17,196 bases of DNA from a virus: the UHGV virus genome UHGV-0071544; one strand, written 5' to 3'. The notes beneath the pieces are model-generated. The model had not been told where the DNA came from. It did not search any database and saw only the letters and a list, made by a program, of their open reading frames with translations. The first letter of the stretch is position 1, and the number at the start of each line of letters is the position of its first letter. This document shows, piece after piece, positions 7,480-15,906 of the stretch. Both the position numbers and the translations under genes were made by a program.

Positions 7480-7543
7480 TATCACCGCCAGAGGTAAAAT
7501 AGTCAACACGCACGGTGTTAGATATTTATCCCTTGCGGTGATA
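7480..7543. promoter_or_regulatory. Right operator oR3-oR2-oR1 with divergent pR and pRM
   Basis: tatcaccgccagaggta (7480-7496), caacacgcacggtgtta (7504-7520), tatcccttgcggtgata (7527-7543), the lambda oR half-site pattern; cI ATG at 7554 (leaderless pRM transcript). Confidence 0.9.
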
Positions 7544-7550
7544 GATTTAA

Positions 7551-8267
<717 letters not shown>

Positions 8268-8379
8268 TCGGCAAGGTGTTCTGGTCGGCGCATAGCTGAT
8301 AACAATTGAGCAAGAATCTTCATCGAATTAGGGGAATTTTCACTCCCCTCAGAACATAACATAGTAAATGGATTGAATT

Positions 8380-9219
8380 ATGAAGAATGGTTTTTATGCG
8401 ACTTACCGCAGCAAAAATAAAGGGAAAGATAAGCGCTCAATAAACCTGTCTGTTTTCCTTAATTCTCTGCTGGCTGATAATCATCACCTGCAGGTTGGCT
8501 CCAATTATTTGTATATTCATAAAATCGATGGAAAAACTTTTCTCTTTACCAAAACAAATGACAAGAGTCTGGTTCAGAAGATAAATCGCTCTAAAGCTTC
8601 AGTTGAAGATATTAAGAACAGCCTCGCAGATGACGAATCATTGGGATTCCCATCTTTTTTGTTTGTTGAAGGCGACACCATTGGTTTTGCCAGAACTGTT
8701 TTCGGGCCGACCACATCCGATCTGACAGATTTTTTAATCGGGAAAGGAATGTCATTAAGCAGTGGAGAGCGCGTTCAGATAGAGCCACTGATGAGGGGAA
8801 CCACCAAAGACGATGTTATGCATATGCATTTCATCGGCCGAACAACGGTGAAGGTAGAAGCCAAGCTACCTGTATTTGGCGATATATTAAAGGTCTTAGG
8901 GGCAACAGATATTGAAGGGGAGCTTTTTGACTCATTGGATATAGTCATTAAGCCAAAATTTAAAAGGGATATAAAAAAGGTTGCCAAGGATATTATTTTT
9001 AACCCGTCACCTCAATTTTCAGACATTAGCCTGCGGGCAAAAGATGAGGCCGGAGATATTTTAACAGAACATTATCTATCAGAAAAAGGCCATCTCTCAG
9101 CGCCTCTGAACAAGGTCACCAATGCTGAGATAGCTGAAGAGATGGCATATTGCTACGCAAGAATGAAAAGTGATATACTGGAATGTTTTAAAAGGCAGGT
9201 GGGCAAAGTTAAGGATTAA
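8380..9219 (+). CDS. rexA: RexA (exclusion system sensor/activator)
   Basis: 279 aa, same length and sequence as lambda RexA as recalled; immediately downstream of cI in the pRM operon. Confidence 0.9.
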   Translation: MKNGFYATYRSKNKGKDKRSINLSVFLNSLLADNHHLQVGSNYLYIHKIDGKTFLFTKTNDKSLVQKINRSKASVEDIKNSLADDESLGFPSFLFVEGDTIGFARTVFGPTTSDLTDFLIGKGMSLSSGERVQIEPLMRGTTKDDVMHMHFIGRTTVKVEAKLPVFGDILKVLGATDIEGELFDSLDIVIKPKFKRDIKKVAKDIIFNPSPQFSDISLRAKDEAGDILTEHYLSEKGHLSAPLNKVTNAEIAEEMAYCYARMKSDILECFKRQVGKVKD

Positions 9220-9234
9220 TTATCAGGAGTAATT

Positions 9235-9669
9235 ATGCGGAACAGAATCATGCCTGGTGTTTACATAGTAATAATTCCTTACGTTATCGTAAGCATTTGC
9301 TATCTCCTTTTCCGCCACTACATTCCTGGTGTTTCTTTTTCAGCTCATAGAGATGGTCTTGGGGCGACATTGTCATCATATGCAGGAACCATGATTGCAA
9401 TCCTGATTGCTGCCTTGACGTTTCTAATCGGAAGCAGAACGCGCCGACTGGCCAAGATTAGAGAGTATGGGTATATGACATCGGTAGTTATTGTCTATGC
9501 CCTTAGTTTTGTTGAGCTTGGAGCTTTGTTTTTCTGCGGGTTATTGCTTCTTTCCAGCATAAGCGGCTACATGATACCCACTATCGCCATCGGCATTGCC
9601 TCTGCATCGTTCATTCATATATGCATCCTTGTTTTCCAACTATATAATTTGACCAGAGAACAAGAATAA
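9235..9669 (+). CDS. rexB: RexB (membrane ion-channel component of Rex exclusion)
   Basis: 144 aa with four hydrophobic segments; lambda RexB as recalled. Confidence 0.9.
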   Translation: MRNRIMPGVYIVIIPYVIVSICYLLFRHYIPGVSFSAHRDGLGATLSSYAGTMIAILIAALTFLIGSRTRRLAKIREYGYMTSVVIVYALSFVELGALFFCGLLLLSSISGYMIPTIAIGIASASFIHICILVFQLYNLTREQE

Positions 9670-9697
9670 CCCGGCCTCAGCGCCGGGTTTTCTTTGC
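9669..9697 (+). terminator. Intrinsic terminator ending the cI-rexAB operon (timm-like)
   Basis: ACCCGGC-ctcagc-GCCGGGT followed by TTTCTTTG directly after the rexB stop. Confidence 0.7.
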
Positions 9698-9845
9698 CTC
9701 ACGATCGCCCCCAAAACACATAACCAATTGTATTTATTGAAAAATAAATAGATACAACTCACTAAACATAGCAATTCAGATCTCTCACCTACCAAACAAT
9801 GCCCCCCCCCTGCAAAAAATAAATTCATATAAAAAACATACAGAT

Positions 9846-9908
9846 AACCATCTGCGGTGATAAATTATCTCTGGCGGTGTTGACATAAATACCACTGGCG
9901 GTGATACT
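9846..9908 (+). promoter_or_regulatory. Left operator oL3-oL2-oL1 and pL promoter
   Basis: aaccatctgcggtgata (9846-9862), tatctctggcggtgttg (9866-9882), taccactggcggtgata (9890-9906); -35 TTGACA 9880-9885, -10 GATACT 9903-9908. Confidence 0.9.
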
Positions 9909-9947
9909 GAGCACATCAGCAGGACGCACTGACCACCATGAAGGTGA

Positions 9948-9978
9948 CGCTCTTAAAAATTAAGCCCTGAAGAAGGGC
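9948..9978 (+). promoter_or_regulatory. nutL (boxA CGCTCTTA, boxB GCCCTGAAGAAGGGC)
   Basis: boxA 9948-9955, boxB hairpin 9964-9978, in the pL leader upstream of N. Confidence 0.85.
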
Positions 9979-10088
9979 AGCATTCAAAGCAGAAGGCTTT
10001 GAGTAGCGCGAAATGCAGCTGCAAGACAGCAACCGTGGAGATAAGCATCACGGCGCGTTACTCAAAGCTAACTGACAGGAGAATCCAG

Positions 10089-10415
10089 ATGGATGCACAA
10101 GCACGCCGCCGCGAACGTCGCGCAGAGAAACAGGCTCAATGGAAAGCAGCAAATCCCCTGTTGGTTGGGGTAAGCGCAAAACCAGTTAACCGCCCTATTC
10201 TCTCGCTGAATCGCAAACCGAAATCACGAGTAGAAAGCGCACTGAATCCAATAGACCTTACAGTGCTGGCTGAATACCACGAACAGATTGAAAGCAACCT
10301 GCAACGTATTGAGCGCAAGAATCAGCGCACATGGTACAGCAAGCCACGCAGTGAAATGGGTGTGACTTGTGTTGGTCGCCAGAAAATGAAATTAGGCAGC
10401 AAACCACTTATTTGA
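10089..10415 (+). CDS. N: N antiterminator
   Basis: ATG 10089 with SD AGGAGA gives 107 aa; arginine-rich motif MDAQARRRERRAEKQAQWKAAN; lambda-N-like except the last about 25 residues, which differ from lambda as I recall. Track ORF start 9999 is a leader extension. Confidence 0.9.
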   Translation: MDAQARRRERRAEKQAQWKAANPLLVGVSAKPVNRPILSLNRKPKSRVESALNPIDLTVLAEYHEQIESNLQRIERKNQRTWYSKPRSEMGVTCVGRQKMKLGSKPLI

Positions 10416-10423
10416 GGTGATAT

Positions 10424-10675
10424 ATGGAATTTCATGAAAGTGCGATTTATGATTTTCGCGCTAACGCAAATTCAGTAAAACCACAGCCAATTGCAGTTCT
10501 TTTTAAAACAATGGGTGCGTGGGCTGTTTTATGCTTCGCCGCTGATGACACTGACGCAAGAATGGCAATAGGCCAAGAGATGGAGATGGACCCGACAAAC
10601 GATGAATTCATAATTTATGGCGCTCCATCTAATTACTTACTTGATACCTGCAACATTTACAACAAGGCTGCCTGA
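10424..10675 (+). CDS. Hypothetical acidic protein (83 aa), first gene of the cassette at the sieB/ral position
   Basis: Strong RBS GAGGTGATAT-ATG 9 nt after the N stop; no recognisable motif; followed by a hairpin plus T-run. Confidence 0.55.
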   Translation: MEFHESAIYDFRANANSVKPQPIAVLFKTMGAWAVLCFAADDTDARMAIGQEMEMDPTNDEFIIYGAPSNYLLDTCNIYNKAA

Positions 10676-10733
10676 TGGTGGCCTTTATTTTTGGCCGTAA
10701 ATAATTTCATGCTTATTACAATCAAGGTGATAT

Positions 10734-11183
10734 ATGGAAGAACAAGCAAACAAGATTCTCGTAGAACTACTGCAAAAAGCCAGTAATGGAATAGACGCGG
10801 CTGTTTCATTTAGCCAGGCACAGATTCCTGATGTTGTTCATCAGTTGCTGCTATGGAATATGGTTGACAGTCTGATTAAAACATTAATGGCCATTCTAAC
10901 AATCCCACTGGTTTTCTGGTTTATGAAGAAGCAGTGCCAAAGAGTTGAGACAGGTAAAATCGGTGATGAAGGATATTCATGGGAGAAAGGAAATCCCAAA
11001 TACAGGCCGACAATGGTTTGGGATAGCAAAGGTGATATTAATCTTCTTATCATGCCATTGGTTGGAGTTTTGACTCTGTGGGGGATTTTTATTATTGGTG
11101 TAGTAACCAATATGACTTGGTTAAAAATTTGGCTGGCCCCAAAGCTTTACCTTATCGAATATGCAGCATCATTGGTTAAGTAA
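10734..11183 (+). CDS. Hypothetical two-pass membrane protein (149 aa), candidate superinfection-exclusion or abortive-infection factor
   Basis: Two hydrophobic helices (LIKTLMAILTIPLVFWFM and INLLIMPLVGVLTLWGIFIIGVV); same 15-nt RBS/start module as the upstream gene; followed by a strong intrinsic terminator; occupies the lambda sieB-equivalent position. Confidence 0.65.
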   Translation: MEEQANKILVELLQKASNGIDAAVSFSQAQIPDVVHQLLLWNMVDSLIKTLMAILTIPLVFWFMKKQCQRVETGKIGDEGYSWEKGNPKYRPTMVWDSKGDINLLIMPLVGVLTLWGIFIIGVVTNMTWLKIWLAPKLYLIEYAASLVK

Positions 11184-11188
11184 TTTCA

Positions 11189-11213
11189 GGCCGCATGGTC
11201 GGCCTTTATTTTT
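11189..11213 (+). terminator. Intrinsic terminator after the membrane-protein gene
   Basis: GGCCG-catggt-CGGCC followed by TTTATTTTT. Confidence 0.65.
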
Positions 11214-11332
11214 GGCATAAACAACAGAATAAACACTGCACTGTGTATTCATTCCAACGAGTGAATACACGGAGCAATGTCGCTCGTAACTAAACAGGAG
11301 CCGACTTGTTCTGATTATTGGAAATCTTCTTT

Positions 11333-11359
11333 GCCCTCCAATGTGAGGGCGATTTTTTA
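11333..11359 (+). terminator. Intrinsic terminator upstream of ea10-like gene (tL-type)
   Basis: GCCCTC-caatgt-GAGGGC followed by GATTTTTTAT, 20 nt before the ea10 RBS. Confidence 0.6.
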
Positions 11360-11378
11360 TCTATGAGGAAATGAATAG

Positions 11379-11747
11379 ATGTCAAACATCAAAAAATACA
11401 TCATTGATTACGACTGGAAAGCATCAATAGAAATTGAAATCGACCATGACGTAATGACAGAGGAAAAACTTCACCAGATTAATAATTTCTGGTCAGACTC
11501 TGAATACCGACTCAATAAACACGGCGCTGTATTAAATGCTGTATTAATCATGCTGGCGCAACATGCTCTGCTTATAGCAATTTCGAAAGACTTAAATGCA
11601 TATGGTGTTGTTTGTGAGTTCGACTGGGATGATGGAAATGGTCAGGAAGGATGGCCTCCAATGGATGGTAGTGAAGGAATAAGAATTACCGATATCGATA
11701 CATCAGGAATATTTGATTCAGATGATATGACTATCAAAGCCGCCTGA
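11379..11747 (+). CDS. Ea10-like protein (lambda early-left protein)
   Basis: 122 aa, same length as lambda Ea10 and in the equivalent position between the N-proximal genes and cIII; SD GAGGA upstream. Identity to lambda Ea10 not verifiable here. Confidence 0.6.
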   Translation: MSNIKKYIIDYDWKASIEIEIDHDVMTEEKLHQINNFWSDSEYRLNKHGAVLNAVLIMLAQHALLIAISKDLNAYGVVCEFDWDDGNGQEGWPPMDGSEGIRITDIDTSGIFDSDDMTIKAA

Positions 11748-11822
11748 GCGCGGCTTTACCGCATACCAATAATGCTTCACGAGAGGCATTTTCGTTATGC
11801 AATCAAATATAAGGAGTTACCC

Positions 11823-11957
11823 ATGATGCACTTTCAGCTCGCGGGTAGCGGCGTCATGTCCGCTTTCTACCCGCACGAATCTGAATTATCACGCCGAGTT
11901 AAACAATTAATCAGAGCAGCAAAGAAACAACTGGAGGCGTTATGCGCAATGAAATAG
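11823..11957 (+). CDS. CIII-like protein (FtsH/HflB protease inhibitor family), non-lambda allele
   Basis: ATG 11823 after SD AAGGAG; 44 aa MMHFQLAGSGVMSAFYPHESELSRRVKQLIRAAKKQLEALCAMK; amphipathic ESELSRR..QL..A.K motif like the CIII/C3 family but not lambda CIII. Confidence 0.55.
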   Translation: MMHFQLAGSGVMSAFYPHESELSRRVKQLIRAAKKQLEALCAMK

Positions 11958-12094
11958 CCATTAATCACCAGATGCTTCGTGCTGCACAGAACAAAGCAGT
12001 AATAGCCAGATTTATTGGTGATTCAAAAATGTGGCTTGAAGCAAATAAAGCGATGAAATCAGCTATCAACCATCCGTGGTATCGCAGGAAATGA
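11942..12094 (+). CDS. Kil-like small protein (FtsZ-inhibitor family)
   Basis: 50 aa MRNEIAINHQMLRAAQNKAVIARFIGDSKMWLEANKAMKSAINHPWYRRK; motif IA.FIGD.KM shared with lambda Kil as recalled; overlaps the cIII-like 3' end by 16 nt as kil/cIII do in lambda. Below the ORF-track cutoff. Confidence 0.5.
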   Translation: MRNEIAINHQMLRAAQNKAVIARFIGDSKMWLEANKAMKSAINHPWYRRK

Positions 12095-12249
12095 GTTTTA
12101 CAGATAACTGGTCAGACGAAGAATTCATTCGTCAGATGAAAGAATTAATCGGTAACGAAGGAGATATTCATGTCACTTGCAACCACAGTGAAGGAGAGCA
12201 AGTTACAGAGACGCATGTACACGCAGAAAGCTCTCTGGTATCGCCATAA
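12091..12249 (+). CDS. Small hypothetical ORF (52 aa), position of P22 arf
   Basis: ATGA overlap with the kil-like stop; MSFTDNWSDEEFIRQMKELIGNEGDIHVTCNHSEGEQVTETHVHAESSLVSP; lies between kil and erf as arf does in P22-type operons. Below the ORF-track cutoff. Confidence 0.4.
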   Translation: MSFTDNWSDEEFIRQMKELIGNEGDIHVTCNHSEGEQVTETHVHAESSLVSP

Positions 12250-12350
12250 TGGCGACCGCGAAGGAATGCAGGTATGCCTTAATTTGTCCCGAGTCGAAGT
12301 ATTAAATCAGCGTTATTTCCTTGGGCCATGTCCATTCTGAGAACAAACAT

Positions 12351-12956
12351 ATGAGCAAAGAATTTTATGCAAGACTGGCAGCTATTCAGGAGAATCTGAA
12401 CGCGCCAAAGAATCAGTACAACTCATTCGGTAAATATAAATACAGAAGCTGCGAAGACATTCTTGAAGGCGTTAAGCCGTTACTGAATGGTCTGTTTTTA
12501 TCAATCAGCGATGAAGTTGTGTTGATTGGTGATCGGTATTACGTGAAAGCCACGGCAACTATCACCGATGGCGAAAACAGTCATACGGCAACCGCACTAG
12601 CACGAGAGGAAGAAAGCAAGAAAGGAATGGATTCTGCACAAGTTACTGGAGCTACAAGCTCTTATGCACGCAAGTATTGCCTCAATGGTTTGTTCGGCAT
12701 TGATGATGCGAAAGATGCAGATACAGACGAGCATAAACATCAGCAGAACGCAGCAGCAAAGCAATCAAAACCATCACCTACACCTGAACAGGTTCTAAAA
12801 GCATTCACTGACGCAGCATTGCAGAAAAACACCGTGGAAGAGCTTAAACAGGCGTTCGCCAAAGCGTGGAAGATGCTCGAAGGCACACCGGAGCAGCAAA
12901 AAGCGCAGGACGTTTACAACATCAGACGAGACGAATTAGAAGGGGCGGCCGCTTAA
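12351..12956 (+). CDS. erf: Erf-family single-strand annealing recombinase
   Basis: ATG 12351 gives 201 aa beginning MSKEFYARLAAIQENLNAPKNQYNSFGKYKYRSCEDILEGVKPLL, very similar to P22 Erf as recalled. The track ORF start at 12321 is a TTG upstream extension. Confidence 0.85.
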   Translation: MSKEFYARLAAIQENLNAPKNQYNSFGKYKYRSCEDILEGVKPLLNGLFLSISDEVVLIGDRYYVKATATITDGENSHTATALAREEESKKGMDSAQVTGATSSYARKYCLNGLFGIDDAKDADTDEHKHQQNAAAKQSKPSPTPEQVLKAFTDAALQKNTVEELKQAFAKAWKMLEGTPEQQKAQDVYNIRRDELEGAAA

Positions 12957-13339
12957 TGGCACATTCGATTACTGTAAGACTAAACAAGCCCGCAAGAGAG
13001 TTTCAGGCCGGGGAAAATATCGGATTCAACATCCGTGCTGGAGTTCAGTATTACGATCGCCAGACAGAAAAGAAAGAATGGACAAACTACAGCGCCGTTG
13101 TATTTGCCAAGCCGGGAGCGCAAGCGGATTACTACCGTAGTGTTCTTGTTGAAGGTGGCATTGTTGAAATTACCGGAGAAAACATCAGGGTTGATATTTA
13201 TCAGGGGCAAAATGGTCAATCAATCACTCTTGAATTACTGAATGCAAAGATTGGATTTGCAGCTTCAGGAAATGGCCCGCAGCAGCAAAGTAGTAACCAG
13301 CAGAACACTCCTGTATACGACGATTCCATCCCATTCTGA
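12956..13339 (+). CDS. Short SSB-like single-stranded DNA-binding protein
   Basis: ATG 12956 (TAATG overlap with erf stop) gives 127 aa; OB-fold-like N-terminal region, Gln/Gly-rich linker and acidic C-terminal tail ...VYDDSIPF resembling the SSB DDDIPF client-binding tip. Confidence 0.7.
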   Translation: MAHSITVRLNKPAREFQAGENIGFNIRAGVQYYDRQTEKKEWTNYSAVVFAKPGAQADYYRSVLVEGGIVEITGENIRVDIYQGQNGQSITLELLNAKIGFAASGNGPQQQSSNQQNTPVYDDSIPF

Positions 13340-13362
13340 TTTAGAAAAATAAGGATTTAATT

Positions 13363-13656
13363 ATGCCAGCGCCTTTGTATGGTGCGGATGACCCGCGCCG
13401 CTGTTCCGGCAATTCCGTATCGGAGGTGCTGGATAAATTCAGAAAAAACTACGATCGAATAATGTCTCTACCGCAGGAAACGAAAGAGGAAAAGGAATTT
13501 CGCCACTGTATATGGCTTGCAGAGAAAGAAGAACGCGAGCGAATTTACCAGACATCAATCCGACCATTCCGCAAAGCCACATATACCCACTTCCCTGAAA
13601 TTGACCCGCGCCTGCGTAATTACCGCTCACGCTATGGCGCTATCAGTAATGACTGA
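13363..13656 (+). CDS. Hypothetical 97-aa protein; possibly Abc2-type anti-RecBCD factor by position
   Basis: Good RBS AAGGA; follows the erf/ssb genes, where P22-type phages carry the abc genes; no motif I can verify. Confidence 0.45.
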   Translation: MPAPLYGADDPRRCSGNSVSEVLDKFRKNYDRIMSLPQETKEEKEFRHCIWLAEKEERERIYQTSIRPFRKATYTHFPEIDPRLRNYRSRYGAISND

Positions 13657-13666
13657 GGAATTTACA

Positions 13667-13834
13667 ATGAGAGGACTTGCATACAATCCCGGCATTCTTC
13701 CGGCAGAAATGATTATTCGCCAACGCGTAAAGCCAATGCCATCGAGAGAGGAATTGCTTAAGAGAAATTCTTTTCCGTCAGTAAATCAAAACAAATATCT
13801 GAATGCGATGTGGCGCAAAGGAGGCAACCAGTGA
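13667..13834 (+). CDS. Small hypothetical ORF (55 aa)
   Basis: ATG 13667 with SD GAGGA 9 nt upstream; [55 protein letters not shown]; the longer track ORF 13517.. overlaps the preceding gene. Confidence 0.4.
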   Translation: MRGLAYNPGILPAEMIIRQRVKPMPSREELLKRNSFPSVNQNKYLNAMWRKGGNQ

Positions 13835-14055
13835 GCGGAAAAAGAATGACTAACAGAGAGCTTGTCGATGCCGCGATTAAGCTTGCTGGTGATTTTTATT
13901 CAATGATGGGGTACACGCATCGCCCAGGCTTCAAATATTGGGAGTCTCCTCACCCGCAAGAGCAACTGGTATTTCAAATGGCCTGCCGTGCTTTTGAGGT
14001 TATTCGCGGTTCTGATGTGATGGACGCCGTTGCCGACTTGGAGGATGAAGAGTGA
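13831..14055 (+). CDS. Hypothetical protein (74 aa from GTG 13831, or 69 aa from ATG 13846)
   Basis: SD AAAGGAGG 7 nt upstream of GTG 13831, GTGA overlap with the upstream stop; acidic C-terminus DLEDEE. Confidence 0.5.
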   Translation: MSGKRMTNRELVDAAIKLAGDFYSMMGYTHRPGFKYWESPHPQEQLVFQMACRAFEVIRGSDVMDAVADLEDEE

Positions 14056-14462
14056 ACAAGATTGACTATCAGGCACTGCGTGAAGCGGCAGAGAAAGCCG
14101 GTGAAGATAAGTGGCAGGCTAAAAAAATAAATGGTGATTTTTTCGTTATTCGTCACGGTAGTTATACAAGACAGCATGGCTACACATTGTATCAACCCAT
14201 TGCGGAGATTGATTGTAAGCCAGTCCGGGATTTTGTTGCCAAGGCTAATCCGGCTACCGTGCTGGAATTACTGGATGAACTGGAAGCAGCAAAAAAGCGC
14301 ATTGCAGAACTGGAAGCGCGGGAAATACTGCTCCCGGAACGTAGCAGCATGCTTCATCGAACAGATTTTCACGATGATTACCAAACGGTAATGGCATACA
14401 AAGTTTCTGAAGTCATCGCTGCAATCCGCGCCGCAGGCATTCGCATCAAAGGAGGTGAGTAA
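14052..14462 (+). CDS. Hypothetical coiled-coil protein (136 aa), Ead/Ea22-region type
   Basis: GTG start after SD GGAGGA, overlapping the upstream stop; heptad-like segment LELLDELEAAKKRIAELEAREILL. Confidence 0.55.
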   Translation: MNKIDYQALREAAEKAGEDKWQAKKINGDFFVIRHGSYTRQHGYTLYQPIAEIDCKPVRDFVAKANPATVLELLDELEAAKKRIAELEAREILLPERSSMLHRTDFHDDYQTVMAYKVSEVIAAIRAAGIRIKGGE

Positions 14463-14638
14463 TGCGTGTGGCATGTATCGGCTTGTTACCGTACCCGACT
14501 CGTTTTTGGGCTTCTGCGCTAATTGCAAAGCCGTATGTCCTGATGGCTGACAACATCATCCCGGCACCAAAGCGCCGCCATACCGGTATTGCAGCGGCAC
14601 GACGAGCAGCAAAGAGACGCAGGAGAGCAAAGCGATGA
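14462..14638 (+). CDS. Small ORF (58 aa) with Arg-rich C-terminus
   Basis: ATG 14462 after SD AGGAGGTGAG, TAATG overlap upstream and ATGA overlap downstream; MRVACIGLLPYPTRFWASALIAKPYVLMADNIIPAPKRRHTGIAAARRAAKRRRRAKR. Below the ORF-track cutoff. Confidence 0.35.
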   Translation: MRVACIGLLPYPTRFWASALIAKPYVLMADNIIPAPKRRHTGIAAARRAAKRRRRAKR

Positions 14639-14823
14639 AAAACCGTAAAGCAAAGATTCTGTTAGTTCGTAGAAACGCTCCTGGCGTCTGGCAGTGGGTG
14701 AGACTCAGCAACCGACGGATGGGGTTGATGAAATATTACGGGATGATGGATTGTGGTTTTTGCAAAAAGCCCAGCGCGGCGCAAAACCGCTGGAAAAACA
14801 ACTTGCGCACTAAAGGAGAGTGA
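14635..14823 (+). CDS. Hypothetical small protein (62 aa)
   Basis: Translationally coupled to neighbours; Cys pair CGFC; no recognisable family. Confidence 0.4.
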   Translation: MKNRKAKILLVRRNAPGVWQWVRLSNRRMGLMKYYGMMDCGFCKKPSAAQNRWKNNLRTKGE

Positions 14824-14824
14824 T

Positions 14825-15373
14825 ATGACCACTATAACCGATAAGAAACAGTATCCAGGCGAGCAATATCTTAATGAGCTGATCACCAACATAGAGTTTG
14901 CTGCAAGGGCACCAGTTGAAGTCGTGAGAGCAATGGCAGCAGAGCTACAGAAGCGGCGCGAAGCTGATAGTGCCGAACCTGCAAGTAATCATGAAGAGTT
15001 GCCGCTTGATTATCTCCAAGGTCAAAAAGATGGTCTTGAATGGGCTGCGCAGCTTGCAGAAGCAAATCACCCACAAACTGGCGACTGGCTTTACGATGAC
15101 CCGCTGGAGCTGGCTAAAGCTATCAGAAAAGGTCCTGACATGCCCGAATTCGATGGACCAACTCCGGTAACTCCGGATGGTTGGATAAGCTGTAGTGAGC
15201 GAATGCCCGCTCAAGATGATTGGATTTTAATTTATTCAAAGCACGGCGAGTATATGGCAGGACAGGTACAAGAGGAATACGTGGAGTTGAGCGACGGCAC
15301 TTTATCGTGGTTAGGGAACGCCTTGTTCTGGATGCCTCTACCAGAACCGCCGCAGGAGGTTAACCGTGGCTAA
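14825..15373 (+). CDS. Ea22-like protein (182 aa)
   Basis: ATG 14825 after SD AAAGGAGAG; same length and relative position as lambda ea22; C-terminal ...LFWMPLPEPP motif typical of a lambdoid early-protein family. Confidence 0.65.
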   Translation: MTTITDKKQYPGEQYLNELITNIEFAARAPVEVVRAMAAELQKRREADSAEPASNHEELPLDYLQGQKDGLEWAAQLAEANHPQTGDWLYDDPLELAKAIRKGPDMPEFDGPTPVTPDGWISCSERMPAQDDWILIYSKHGEYMAGQVQEEYVELSDGTLSWLGNALFWMPLPEPPQEVNRG

Positions 15374-15650
15374 CCTTCAACTGGCAGTTAACGGTGAATA
15401 TTTCGACCAGATGAAGTCAGGCGAGAAAACGGAAGAGTATCGCCTGTGTAATGACTACTGGAATAAGCGAATTATGTTCCGGGAGTATGACCGCCTGATT
15501 ATCACAAAGGGATATCCGAAGCGCGACGATTCCAGCCGCAGAATTGATGTTCCGTATGACGGATATGAAATCAAGACAATCACACATCCGCACTTCGGCG
15601 ATAAACCGGTAAAGGTATACGCGATAAAGGTGAATATCAGCAATGAATAA
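15366..15650 (+). CDS. Ea8.5-like small protein
   Basis: GTG start after SD AGGAGG; 94 aa, size and position equivalent to lambda ea8.5; GEKTEEYR-type motif. Confidence 0.55.
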   Translation: MANLQLAVNGEYFDQMKSGEKTEEYRLCNDYWNKRIMFREYDRLIITKGYPKRDDSSRRIDVPYDGYEIKTITHPHFGDKPVKVYAIKVNISNE

Positions 15651-15722
15651 CAATCCTCGCACTCGCGGGGATTTCTTTTATCTGAACTCGCTACGGCGGG
15701 TTTTGTTTTATGGAGATGATAA

Positions 15723-15890
15723 ATGCACTTCCGAGTCACAGGAGAATGGAATGGAGAGCCATTCAACAGAGTTATCGAAGCAGAGGACATCAACGACTGC
15801 TATGCCCACTGGATGCTGTGGGCGCAGATAGCACATGCAGACGTAACCAATATTCGAATTGAAGAACTGAAAGAACACCAAACCGCCTGA
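15723..15890 (+). CDS. Small ORF upstream of xis (55 aa), lambda orf55-equivalent
   Basis: MHFRVTGEWNGEPFNRVIEAEDINDCYAHWMLWAQIAHADVTNIRIEELKEHQTA; same length and position as the small lambda ORF next to xis; a clean terminator follows. Below the ORF-track cutoff; the track ORFs 15643..15831 and 15708..16061 overlap it in other frames. Confidence 0.5.
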   Translation: MHFRVTGEWNGEPFNRVIEAEDINDCYAHWMLWAQIAHADVTNIRIEELKEHQTA

Positions 15891-15906
15891 TGGCGGTTTT
15901 TTCTTG
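15881..15906 (+). terminator. Intrinsic terminator just upstream of pI and xis
   Basis: AACCGCC-tgat-GGCGGTT followed by TTTTCTTG. Confidence 0.6.

Noticed and set aside
8775-10318. ORFs 8775..8987 (minus), 9640..9828 (minus), 10136..10318 (minus) and the 9999 upstream extension of N
   Set aside because: Antisense to rexA or N or spanning the pL region; the N extension lacks an RBS and runs through nutL, and the start at 10089 has a proper SD.
10841-11110. Minus-strand 89-aa ORF inside the membrane-protein gene
   Set aside because: Antisense to a gene with a strong RBS and terminator; no independent signals.
12866-13630. Upstream extensions and antisense ORFs 12866..12955, 12980..13219, 13035..13241, 13439..13630, 13517..13666
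   Set aside because: Overlap erf, ssb-like and the 97-aa gene out of frame or antisense; internal starts with RBS preferred.
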